This document shows, piece by piece, positions 8,709 to 18,036 of a stretch of DNA of 64,000 nt (position 1 is its first letter; every line of letters begins with the position of its first letter). The notes beneath the pieces are model-generated. The model ran no database searches. It worked only from the letters and a program-made list of their open reading frames with translations, and was not told the origin of the DNA. This DNA is from an uncultured Planctomycetota bacterium (GTDB taxonomy: Bacteria > Planctomycetota > Planctomycetia > Isosphaerales > Isosphaeraceae). The stretch covers positions 640,001 through 704,000 of the forward strand of contig CAWGMQ010000006.1 in the NCBI GenBank assembly GCA_963823665.1, in the 5' to 3' direction. The translations under genes were made by a program, and so were the position numbers.

Positions 8709-11700
8709 ATGGAACCCACGCTCCAAAACTTGATCAACCGGCTGAACGATCTCTCCGAGCAGTTCAACGAGCTGCGGGAGGGGATCGGCATGGCGATCGA
8801 TGGTGCTACGAGAGACCCCGAGATGGCGCTCATCCGGTCCCGCAAGGTGCTGGAGTACGTCGTCCGGGACGTGTTCCAGCGCAGGGTGCAGGAGCCGCCC
8901 GGCACTCGGCCCCTCGAGAGCCTGATCCAGCGGCTCGTCAAGGACGGCTACTTGCCGCCCAGACTCGAAGCCTACACGGAGACGATCCGTAAGCTGGGCA
9001 ACGTCGGGGCGCACCAGTTCGGTCAGAAGATCAGGGCGGCGGATGTATACCAGTCGCTCACGCAACTGATGCCGATCCTCGAATGGTTCTTCGAGGTCGA
9101 GCGCCCCGAAGCCGGCGTGAGACTCGACCTGCCGGACGAAATACGTTTCACGGAGACCGCCCCCAATCAGCCCGGCGGCGATCGGGCGAGCAAAAAACAG
9201 AACGCCGTGCTGCCGAAAGGGCTCCGCTCGTTCGACGCGAGCGACAGTGCCTTCTTCCTGCAACTGCTCCCCGGACCACGCGATCAGGACGGCCTGCCTG
9301 AAAGCATCCGCTTCTGGAAGCACCGCATCGAGGCGACCGACGATCCGTCATTCACGGTGGGTGTGATCTATGGCCCCAGCGGGTGCGGCAAGTCGTCGCT
9401 GGTCAAGGCTGGTCTTCTGCCCCGGCTCGCCAAGCGGATCACCTCCGTGTACGTCGAGGCGACCCCCGACGAGACTGAGACCCGGCTCCTCAATGGGCTC
9501 GGGAGAAAACTCGCCAGCTTGCCGGCGGATCTGGATCTGAGGGAGACCATCAGCGCAATCCGGCAGGGGCAAGGACTACGTGCCGATCAGAAGGTCGTCA
9601 TGGTCATCGACCAGTTCGAGCAGTGGCTCCACGCCAACCGGCACAAACAGGACACCGGACTGGCCCAGGCCCTGCGCCAGTGCGACGGCGAGCGCGTCCA
9701 GTGCGTCGTCATGGTGCGCGATGACTTCTGGATGGCCCTGACCCGATTCATGAGCGAGCTGGGAATCGAGCTTCATCAGGGACGTAATGCCGCCTCCGTC
9801 GATCTCTTCGACCTCATCCATGCCCGCCACGTGCTCGCAGCCTTCGGACGATCTTATGGACGATTGCCCGAAAGTCCGGAATCTCCGACCGGCGATCAGG
9901 AAACCTTCCTCGCCGATGCCGTCGAAGGGCTTTCGCAGGACGGCCGGGTGATCTCGATCCGCCTGGCGTTGTTCGCCGAGATGGTCAAGGGCAAGGCCTG
10001 GACACCCGCAACGCTCAAGGCGGTCGGGGGAACCGAGGGCGTCGGCGTGACATTTCTCGAAGAGACCTTCGGCTCAGCCACGCTGCGGTCGCATCAGAAG
10101 GCGGCTCAGGCGGTGTTGAAAGCCCTTTTGCCCGGCAGCGGCACGGACATCAAAGGACACATGCGGTCGCACGATGAACTTCGTGAGGCGTCAGGGTGCG
10201 CCGAACGTCCCAGGGAGTTCGACGACCTGCTGCGGATTCTGGATAGCGAGCTCCGGCTGATCACGCCGACGGATCCCGAAGGCTCAGTCGCCGGGGAACA
10301 ACCCGCTAAACCACAAGGAGTGCGTTTTTTTCAGTTGACCCACGATTATCTGGTCCACTCCTTGCGGCACTGGCTGACACGCAAGCAGCGGGAAACACGG
10401 AAAGGGCGTGCGGAGCTGCGGCTGGCAGAACGATCAGCAGTGTGGAGCGCCAAGCCCGAAAACCGCCATCTACCGTCTGCCCTCGAATGGGCAAACATCC
10501 GCTTGCTGACGACGACGAAGGACTGGTCAGAGCTGCAGACGAACATGATGAGGCGGGCGGGCCGGGTTCACGTTCTGCGGGGTCTGGGGCTAGCAGTACT
10601 GATCGCGTTGGTCACCTGGGCCGGTGTCGAGGGATACGGGACCGTGCGTGCCTCATCACTCGTCGAGTCGCTCAAGACCGCCAGCACCGCGGATGTGGAA
10701 CCGATCATCAAGCACCTTTCAGCGTACCGCCGCTGGGCCAAGGCTCCGCTGGTCCGCTTGCTGGGGGAATCGGAAAAAACCAGCCGCGAGCACCTCCACG
10801 CCAGTCTCGCCCTACTTCCGCTGGACGCAAGTCAGGGCGAGTACCTTTACGATCGCCTGCTCAACTCCAACCCGATCGAATTGCCGGTGATCTGGAAGCT
10901 GATACAAGATAACCATCAAGCTCCGGTTGATCGGCTCTGGAAAGTTCTGGACGACCCGAAAGCGGACAGAGACCAACGGTTCCGATCGGCGTGTGCGCTG
11001 GCGTTTGTCGACGCGGCGGCAGACAAAAAACGCTGGGATGCTGTCTCTGGCTTCGTCACCGATCGGCTGATGGAGGCGGTTCTCAAGAACCCCAGCCATT
11101 ACTCATCTCTGATCAAAACCCTGCAACCCGTGTGCGATCGGCTAATGGCTCCGCTGTCTCGAACCTCTCGAGACCAGGGCAAGCTGGAGTCCGAACGGTC
11201 CCTGGCGACGAGCATCCTGTCCGACTACGCCGCCGAGCGGCCGGACGTGCTGGCCGACCTGCTCATGGACGCCACTGGACCCCAGTTTGCCATGCTCTTC
11301 CCGAAGGTCCAAGCCGTGGCCTCGCAGGCTCTGACGGTCCTCGAGTCCGAGGTCGCCAGAAAGCCGACGCCCGAGGCCACGGAAGACGACAAGGATAAGG
11401 TTGCCCAGCGCCAGGCGCGGGCGGCGGTGGCGCTGGTGCGGCTAGGTCGAACCGAAAGGATCTGGCCTCTGCTGCGGCACAGCGCGGACCCCCGGCTCCG
11501 AAGTTTCATCGTCAACTGGCTCGCCCCCCTCGGTGCCGACCCGAAGCTGATCGTCGCCGAGTTCGACCGACTGCATTCACTCCCCATCCGAAAAATGGAC
11601 CGGGTTGCCAGCGCCATGGACGGAATCCTCTTCCACCCCGAGACGTCGATAAGGCGGGCGCTGATCCTGGCGGTGGCGGCGTACGGCACGGACGGACTGT

Positions 11701-12698
11701 CTCCCGGCGAGCGTGAGCCTCTGGTCGGCAAGCTGCTGGATCTCTATCGCAACGACCCTGACGCTGGAATCCACGGGGCGGCGGAGTGGGCGCTCCGGCA
11801 GTGGAGGAACGACGAGAAACTGAAGGCGATCGACACCGAGCTATCGAAACTCAAGGACCGGGGCGAGCGTCGCTGGCTCGTGAACAGCCAGGGGCAGACG
11901 TTCGCCGTGATCGAGGGTCCGGTGGAGTTCCTCATGGGGTCGCCGCCCGCGGAGCCGGAGCATGACAGCGACGAAACAACACACCGTGTGGTCATTCCCC
12001 GCGCCTTTGCCATCGCCGCCAAAGAGGTCTCCAAGGAACAGTGGCAGGCATTCGCGAAGCAGAATCCCGATTGGGATATTGATGCAGCGAGTGTGAATAA
12101 ATTCAGCCCCGACCCGAACGGCCCGATGATAGGGTTTTCCTGGTATACCGCCGCTGCCTTCTGCAACTGGCTCAGCGAGCAGGAGGGGTTGCCGAAGGAA
12201 CAGTGGTGCTACCTTCCCGCCGAAAACGGCAACTACACGACGGGGATGACGATCCCCGCCGACGTTCTCCTGCGCAAGGGCTATCGCCTTCCGACCGAGG
12301 CGGAGTGGGAATTTGCATGCAGGTCAGGCACGACGACGAGTCGCTACTACGGTCTCTCGCTCGAATTGCTCGACGGGTATGCTCGGTACCAGCTTAACAG
12401 CAAGGGGCACGCCTGGACGTGCGGGAGTCTCCGACCGAATGACTTTGGGTTGTTCGACATGCTGGGGAACATGTACGAATGGGTGCAAGACGAAGAGTAC
12501 GCGTACAAGGCAGGCCAGGCTGATGCTACACTAGATTCTATAAAGAATATTTCACATGTAAATGACACCAATCGTGTGCTTCGGGGCGGGGCGTTCGTCT
12601 ATGAATCGTCGTTCGTCCGCGCAGCGCACCGTCCCGGGAACCTGCCGGTGATCCGTAGCGCGAATTACGGCTTCCGCCCCGCCAGGACTTACCCCTGA
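8709..12698 (+). CDS. DUF4145 (HEPN-like) - STAND NTPase (nSTAND1-like) - TM - helical repeats - FGE-sulfatase/C-type lectin fold protein, 1329 aa
   Basis: N-terminal SRKVLE...IRKLGNVGAH; PKGLRSF; Walker A GPSGCGKSS; Walker B VMVIDQFEQ; QLTHDYLV; TM GLGLAVLIALVTWAGV; C-terminal RLPTEAEWEFACR, PNDFGLFDMLGNMYEW, RVLRGG, GFRPARTYP. Confidence 0.9.
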   Translation: MEPTLQNLINRLNDLSEQFNELREGIGMAIDGATRDPEMALIRSRKVLEYVVRDVFQRRVQEPPGTRPLESLIQRLVKDGYLPPRLEAYTETIRKLGNVGAHQFGQKIRAADVYQSLTQLMPILEWFFEVERPEAGVRLDLPDEIRFTETAPNQPGGDRASKKQNAVLPKGLRSFDASDSAFFLQLLPGPRDQDGLPESIRFWKHRIEATDDPSFTVGVIYGPSGCGKSSLVKAGLLPRLAKRITSVYVEATPDETETRLLNGLGRKLASLPADLDLRETISAIRQGQGLRADQKVVMVIDQFEQWLHANRHKQDTGLAQALRQCDGERVQCVVMVRDDFWMALTRFMSELGIELHQGRNAASVDLFDLIHARHVLAAFGRSYGRLPESPESPTGDQETFLADAVEGLSQDGRVISIRLALFAEMVKGKAWTPATLKAVGGTEGVGVTFLEETFGSATLRSHQKAAQAVLKALLPGSGTDIKGHMRSHDELREASGCAERPREFDDLLRILDSELRLITPTDPEGSVAGEQPAKPQGVRFFQLTHDYLVHSLRHWLTRKQRETRKGRAELRLAERSAVWSAKPENRHLPSALEWANIRLLTTTKDWSELQTNMMRRAGRVHVLRGLGLAVLIALVTWAGVEGYGTVRASSLVESLKTASTADVEPIIKHLSAYRRWAKAPLVRLLGESEKTSREHLHASLALLPLDASQGEYLYDRLLNSNPIELPVIWKLIQDNHQAPVDRLWKVLDDPKADRDQRFRSACALAFVDAAADKKRWDAVSGFVTDRLMEAVLKNPSHYSSLIKTLQPVCDRLMAPLSRTSRDQGKLESERSLATSILSDYAAERPDVLADLLMDATGPQFAMLFPKVQAVASQALTVLESEVARKPTPEATEDDKDKVAQRQARAAVALVRLGRTERIWPLLRHSADPRLRSFIVNWLAPLGADPKLIVAEFDRLHSLPIRKMDRVASAMDGILFHPETSIRRALILAVAAYGTDGLSPGEREPLVGKLLDLYRNDPDAGIHGAAEWALRQWRNDEKLKAIDTELSKLKDRGERRWLVNSQGQTFAVIEGPVEFLMGSPPAEPEHDSDETTHRVVIPRAFAIAAKEVSKEQWQAFAKQNPDWDIDAASVNKFSPDPNGPMIGFSWYTAAAFCNWLSEQEGLPKEQWCYLPAENGNYTTGMTIPADVLLRKGYRLPTEAEWEFACRSGTTTSRYYGLSLELLDGYARYQLNSKGHAWTCGSLRPNDFGLFDMLGNMYEWVQDEEYAYKAGQADATLDSIKNISHVNDTNRVLRGGAFVYESSFVRAAHRPGNLPVIRSANYGFRPARTYP

Positions 12699-12704
12699 GA
12701 AGTT

Positions 12705-12932
12705 CTACCACTTTACTACTGCCACCGGACCAGCCCAGGTCACGAGCAGAGAATGTGGGTTGTGGGAGACGACGGTGCAAGAAATCTTGAGCGGATGGAG
12801 GACAACCACTTTGACAGTGCCGCCAGTCAGGAGGGCTCCGAGCACGTGGCCAGCTTCGTGGACGGCCATCATGCCCAGCCAAGCGAGCGGAACGGCCGAG
12901 CCGATCAGGACAAACTGGTCAGCTCGCCGCAT
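12705..12932 (-). pseudogene. N-terminal fragment of an M50-like (HExxH) membrane metallopeptidase
   Basis: VHEAGH within a hydrophobic segment, then WAGP and an abrupt stop against the 3' flank of the STAND gene. Confidence 0.7.
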
Positions 12933-13199
12933 GGGAGTACCTCAACCACGTGAAAGCCTGGACGAGTGCCAACCTTGGCCGAATCTCCCGTGTGATGGTT
13001 GGCATTGGGTCGCCCTTCTGGTAGTTTTTCCTTGAAATAAACCGATGCGGCGGGGTTCAATCGTTAGCGAGTCGAAGCGATTCCTCCCGGACGTGATGAG
13101 CCGCACCAAGGCATAAGTACCGGCGTTGCCCCCTTCCCGCGATCGGCGCGATCGAAGCGCCGGAAGCAGGATCGACGGGCTGCCCCGGTGGGGTGGGTT

Positions 13200-16100
13200 A
13201 TGAATCCGACCGTCTTAGCGATGAAACGCCCAATCACGACCCTCATGCTGGTCGTGGCGCTGATCAGTGGGGGCATCTATGCCGGGACGAGTATGCGGGT
13301 GGACATCTTCCCCTCGCTGAACGTTCCGAAGATCTACGTGTTCCTCGATTATATCGGGATGAGCCCGGACCAGATGGAGGGGTTCATCGTCAACGAGCTG
13401 GAACTGTATTTCCAGTACGTGGATGGCATCAAGGATATCAATACCCGGAACATTCAGCAGGTGGCCTTGTGCGAGCTTTCGTTCTTCAACGGTACCGACA
13501 TGGGCCAGGCGATGGCCCAGGTGGTAGCGATGTCGGACCGGGCGATGTCGTGGATGCCCAAGGGAACCTTGCCGCCGATGATCATGCGCATGGACGCAGG
13601 CAGCGTCCCCGTCGGCTACCTTGTGTTCGAGAGCACGGAAACCTCGCTGGGGGCGATGGGCGACCTGGCGCAAAACATCATCCGGCCGCTGGTGCAGCAG
13701 AACGTTCCCGGCACCGTCGCGATCTCGCCGTTCGGCCCGAACATGCGGTCGATCGTCGTGAATGTCGATCCCAACAAGCTTCTCGACTACAACCTGACCC
13801 CACAGCAGGTCATCGCAGCCTTGGCCAAGGGGAATACGGTCATTCCGGCGGGCAACATCTACATCAAGGACTCGATGCCGGTCGTCGCCAACAATGCCAC
13901 CGTTGTCGACATCCAGAAACTGGGGAGCATTCCGCTCAAGCTGGAGAGGAACGTCTACCTCCGCGACGTGGCGACCATCCAGGACTACGTGGATATCACG
14001 TATGGATACGCGCTGGTCAACGGCAAGAACTCGGTCTATTTGCCGATCATCAAGAAGGACACCGGATCGACCCTGACCGTCGTGGCCGACATCCACAAGA
14101 ACATGAAGACGTTCCGCGAAGCCGTGCCCGAGGACGTCACGATCAATTTCGAGTTCGATGAGTCGCCCACGGTCGTGGCGGCGGTCAAGAGCGTCGCCAC
14201 CGAGGGGCTGATCGGCGCAGGCTTGACCGGACTGATGATCCTGCTCTTCCTGCGCGACCCGCGCAGCGTGATCGTGGTGGTGTCCAATATTCCGCTGGCG
14301 CTACTGGGGTCGCTCCTTGGGCTCTACATGACGGGCAACACGATCAACATCATGTCGCTGGGCGGGATGGCGCTGGCAATCGGCATCTTGGTCGACGAGG
14401 CGACGGTGACGATCGAGAACGTGCACGTCCAGATGGAGCACACGTCACACATCGCCACCGCGGTGCTGCACGCGAGCAACGCCACGGCGGTTCCCAGGTT
14501 GCTGGCGCTGCTTTGCATCCTGTCGGTATTCATTCCGGCGTTCATCATGGAAGACCCATTGCGGTCGCTCTTCATGCCGCTGACCCTGGGTGTCGGATTT
14601 GCCATGATCTCGTCGTACATTCTCTCGAGCACGTTTGTGCCAATCCTGTGCGTGAGGCTGCTCAAGCACCACGGAGGCCATGGCGAAAAGAAGCAGGGGC
14701 TGTTCGACCGGTTTCTCAAGCTTTACGGCACGGCGGTAAGCTGGTTCGTGCGGCTGCGGTGGCTGACCGTGTCAATCTATCTGATAGCAAGTGCCCTGAT
14801 CCTGGGGGGACTGGGAATCCAGGTCGGCCGGGAGCTGTTCCCTCAGATCGATTCCGGGGAGTTCGTGCTGCGGTTCCGGCCTCCGCCTGGCTCGAACTTC
14901 GAGCTGACGCGGCAGATGGCACTCAAGTGCCTCGAGGAGATCGAGCGCGAGGCAAAGCCGGAAAACATCGAGATCACGATGGGCTACGTCGGGCAGGTTG
15001 CCCCGAACTTCGGCATCGACAACATGGTGCTGTTCATGCGCGGGCCGGACGACGGCCAGTTGCGGGTGGCACTCTCCGAGGCGAGCGGAATCAAGCTCGA
15101 CCGATTCCGCGAGCGCCTGCGCGAAGTGCTGCCCAAGAATGTGATTCCCTGGATGGCGAAGCGGCTCGAGCAGGGCGGTTTGTCCCCTGCGGACGCGCAG
15201 CGACAGGCGAAGTTGTCGACCTTCGGCTTCGAGCCCGGAGACATCGTGACCACCGTCATGAGCTTCGGCTCCTCGACGCCCATCGCCGTGCGAATCGTCG
15301 GCACCGACCTGAAGCTGGTGCGGCAGCACGCGGAGAAGATTGCCGCCAACATGCGGCGCATCCCGTTCCTCAAAGATGTGGGATTTGTCCAGCAGCTTGA
15401 CTACCCCACGGTGGAGCTGGACATCGATCGCGAAAAGGCCGGGCTCTCCGGCGCCCAGGTCGAGGACGTGGGCCACGCGGTTGTCATGGCAACGTCGTCA
15501 ACGCGCTTCGCCTCGCTCAACTACTGGATCGACGTGAAGACCGGCTTCGACTACCTCGTTCAGATCCAGGTACCGCCGCTCAGGATCGAGAAGCCGGAAG
15601 ACGTCGAAACGTTGCCGGTGGAATCGGTCAACCCACTGGTCAATCTGATGATTCGCGACGTGGCGTCGGTTAAGAAGGGTGTGCGGCCCGGCGAGATCGA
15701 CCGTGACATGTCGCAGCGCTATGTGACGCTCACGGCCAATGTCGAGGGCGAGGACATGGGCCGCGCGGCAGACCAGGTCGCCCGTGCGCTCTCCGCCGCC
15801 GGCGATCCGCCCCGCGGAGTGCGCGTACAGACGATGGGCCAGCTTCCCCCGATGCTCGAGATGTTCCAGTCGCTGGGAATCGGGCTTGGCGTCGCCGTGT
15901 TCGTGATCTTCGTGCTCTTGACCGCATATTTTCAGTCGCCGCGGCTCGCGCTGATCTCAATCGGCGCGGTGCCGGGCGTTCTCGCGGGCATCGCGACCAT
16001 TCTCTACTTCACGAACACGTCGCTGAACATCGAATCATTCATGGGTTCGATCATGTGCCTGGGCGTCTCGGTATCGAATTCGGTGATGCTCGTGACCTTC

Positions 16101-16571
16101 ATCGACGAGCACTGGAAGGCCGGCGCCTCTTCGACCGAGGCGGCCATAAAGGGCGCGAGCGAGCGGCTGCGGCCCATTCTGATGACAGCGTGCGCGATGA
16201 CCGTCGGCATGGTGCCGATGGCGCTGGCGCTGGAACGTGGGAGCCAGATGCAGGCGCCGTTGGGCCGGGCGGTCATCGGCGGGCTCGTGATGTCAACGTT
16301 CGCCACATTGCTCATTGTGCCGTCGATCTTCGCAGTTGTGATCGGCAAGAAGGAGGCCCGCTCGGCGTCGATTTACCCGGACGACAAGGAGAGCTCGCAC
16401 TACGACCCGGACGCGTATGCCCACGAAGGCCAGGAAGGCGGCGAGGCCGGCTCGCCGGGATCGCACGCTTCGGCGGCGGGCTCGTCCCAGAAACACGAAG
16501 TGAATGACGACCTGAACCACGGCGACGACGATGCCGGCCATGCGACGGGAGGCGCAACTGATGGACGTTGA
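13200..16571 (+). CDS. RND efflux permease subunit (RND1)
   Basis: AcrB/CzcA-family architecture: TINIMSLGG..LAIGILVDEATV, ERLRPILMT, PLGRAVIGGL. Confidence 0.96.
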   Translation: MNPTVLAMKRPITTLMLVVALISGGIYAGTSMRVDIFPSLNVPKIYVFLDYIGMSPDQMEGFIVNELELYFQYVDGIKDINTRNIQQVALCELSFFNGTDMGQAMAQVVAMSDRAMSWMPKGTLPPMIMRMDAGSVPVGYLVFESTETSLGAMGDLAQNIIRPLVQQNVPGTVAISPFGPNMRSIVVNVDPNKLLDYNLTPQQVIAALAKGNTVIPAGNIYIKDSMPVVANNATVVDIQKLGSIPLKLERNVYLRDVATIQDYVDITYGYALVNGKNSVYLPIIKKDTGSTLTVVADIHKNMKTFREAVPEDVTINFEFDESPTVVAAVKSVATEGLIGAGLTGLMILLFLRDPRSVIVVVSNIPLALLGSLLGLYMTGNTINIMSLGGMALAIGILVDEATVTIENVHVQMEHTSHIATAVLHASNATAVPRLLALLCILSVFIPAFIMEDPLRSLFMPLTLGVGFAMISSYILSSTFVPILCVRLLKHHGGHGEKKQGLFDRFLKLYGTAVSWFVRLRWLTVSIYLIASALILGGLGIQVGRELFPQIDSGEFVLRFRPPPGSNFELTRQMALKCLEEIEREAKPENIEITMGYVGQVAPNFGIDNMVLFMRGPDDGQLRVALSEASGIKLDRFRERLREVLPKNVIPWMAKRLEQGGLSPADAQRQAKLSTFGFEPGDIVTTVMSFGSSTPIAVRIVGTDLKLVRQHAEKIAANMRRIPFLKDVGFVQQLDYPTVELDIDREKAGLSGAQVEDVGHAVVMATSSTRFASLNYWIDVKTGFDYLVQIQVPPLRIEKPEDVETLPVESVNPLVNLMIRDVASVKKGVRPGEIDRDMSQRYVTLTANVEGEDMGRAADQVARALSAAGDPPRGVRVQTMGQLPPMLEMFQSLGIGLGVAVFVIFVLLTAYFQSPRLALISIGAVPGVLAGIATILYFTNTSLNIESFMGSIMCLGVSVSNSVMLVTFIDEHWKAGASSTEAAIKGASERLRPILMTACAMTVGMVPMALALERGSQMQAPLGRAVIGGLVMSTFATLLIVPSIFAVVIGKKEARSASIYPDDKESSHYDPDAYAHEGQEGGEAGSPGSHASAAGSSQKHEVNDDLNHGDDDAGHATGGATDGR

Positions 16572-18036
16572 TGGGATGACCGCGTGGTGGTTCTTGGGAC
16601 GATCCGTTGCTCGGAGTACTCTGATGCGGCAGGCGCGAGCGTGGCGCGTTTTCGGTCTCGTCGCTTTCGCGGCGACGGCCGGCTGCGGCCAGCAGGCGAA
16701 GATCGACTTCACCGATAACTCAAAACCCCCGCTCGTGCAGGTGATCAAGCCGCCGGTCCGCACCATTGTGCGCATCGTCGGGCAGCCCAGCTTCATCGAG
16801 AGCTTTGAGCGCACGTCGATCTTCAACAAGCCGACCGCTTATATCGATAAGTGGATCGTGGACATCGGCGACAAAGTGAAGAAGAACGACGTGCTGGCCA
16901 ACCTGTTCGCGCCCGAGCTGGTCGAAGAGCTGGCGTCGAAGACGGCGGCAGTCGTGCTCGACCGAGAACGGATCGCACTGGCCAAGGAAGAGGTGGAAGT
17001 GGCCAGGGCGGATGTCGCGGCGGCCGACGCCCGCGTGAAGGAAGCCGAGGAGATCTTGAAGCGGTATCAGGCCGAAGTCGACCGGTGGGATACCGAGGTC
17101 AAGCGGCTCGAGCGTCAAGTTGAGTCCGTCGTGATCGATCGCCGGGTCCTCTTCGAGTCAACCAATCAGCTCCATTCAAGCACCGCGGCGCGCGACAAGG
17201 CGATAGCGACCATCAAGCGGGCAAAGGCAGAGCTGGACTTTGCCCGAGCGACACTTGCCAAGAGCCAGGTGGATGTCAGGGTTACCGAGGCCGACTTGAA
17301 AGTGGCCCAGAGCGAGGAACGATATGCGAAAGCCTGGGTGGACTATCTCACGCTCCGCGCCCCGTTCGACGGCGTGATCACAGCCCGAAACGCAAATACT
17401 TTCGATTTCGTCATGCCCGCCACCGGCGACCCGACGGCGTTCTACCTCTCCCCGGATATCGCGCCCGGGGGTGCGGCGCCGATCTATGTGGTGGACCGGG
17501 TCGACGTCGTCCGGATCTTCGTGGATATCCCCGAGCAGGACGCCAACTTTGTGCACCCGGGGTCCAAAGCGACGGTGATTGCGAAGGCTTACCGCGATGA
17601 GCCGCTCGAAGGCACCGTCACACGCATCGCATGGGCCCTCAATCAGAAGAGCCGCACGCTTCGCGCCGAGATCGACCTCAAGAACCCCGGCAGTCAGCTC
17701 TTGCCGGGGGTATATGCGTACGTCAATTTGAGGATCGAGCGCCCGGGTGTGCGAGCGATGCCTGAGTCGGCGCTTTCGCACTCCGGCGACCAGGCGTATT
17801 ACTGGTCATACGAGAATGGGCGTGCGGTGAAGACGGAGGTACAAACAGGAGTCAGCGACGGCGAGTGGATTGAAGTCATCAATCGCCGAATTCCTTCTTC
17901 CGGCGAAATGGCTGAGGCTGAACCTCCGTGGCAACCGATTGACGGGACGGAGCAAGTAATCCTTGGCGACCTGGCGCTGCACGTCGACGGTGCACCGGTA
18001 GAAGTCGGACCGGCGACGGAGGGCGCAAAACCGTGA
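16561..18036 (+). CDS. RND periplasmic adaptor/membrane fusion protein (MFP1), lipoprotein
   Basis: Lipobox-like ATAGC; VDIGDKVKK lipoyl half; long coiled hairpin; APFDGVITARN; SRTLRAEIDL. Start codon uncertain. Confidence 0.93.
   Translation: MDVDGMTAWWFLGRSVARSTLMRQARAWRVFGLVAFAATAGCGQQAKIDFTDNSKPPLVQVIKPPVRTIVRIVGQPSFIESFERTSIFNKPTAYIDKWIVDIGDKVKKNDVLANLFAPELVEELASKTAAVVLDRERIALAKEEVEVARADVAAADARVKEAEEILKRYQAEVDRWDTEVKRLERQVESVVIDRRVLFESTNQLHSSTAARDKAIATIKRAKAELDFARATLAKSQVDVRVTEADLKVAQSEERYAKAWVDYLTLRAPFDGVITARNANTFDFVMPATGDPTAFYLSPDIAPGGAAPIYVVDRVDVVRIFVDIPEQDANFVHPGSKATVIAKAYRDEPLEGTVTRIAWALNQKSRTLRAEIDLKNPGSQLLPGVYAYVNLRIERPGVRAMPESALSHSGDQAYYWSYENGRAVKTEVQTGVSDGEWIEVINRRIPSSGEMAEAEPPWQPIDGTEQVILGDLALHVDGAPVEVGPATEGAKP

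Noticed and set aside
11880..12698. Formylglycine-generating enzyme serving sulfatase-like genes
   Set aside because: The FGE-fold domain lacks the catalytic Cys pair region and is fused to a STAND protein; a binding role is more plausible.
3300..13200. Prophage, IS or integrative element
   Set aside because: No integrase, transposase, tRNA attachment site or terminal inverted repeats recognised.
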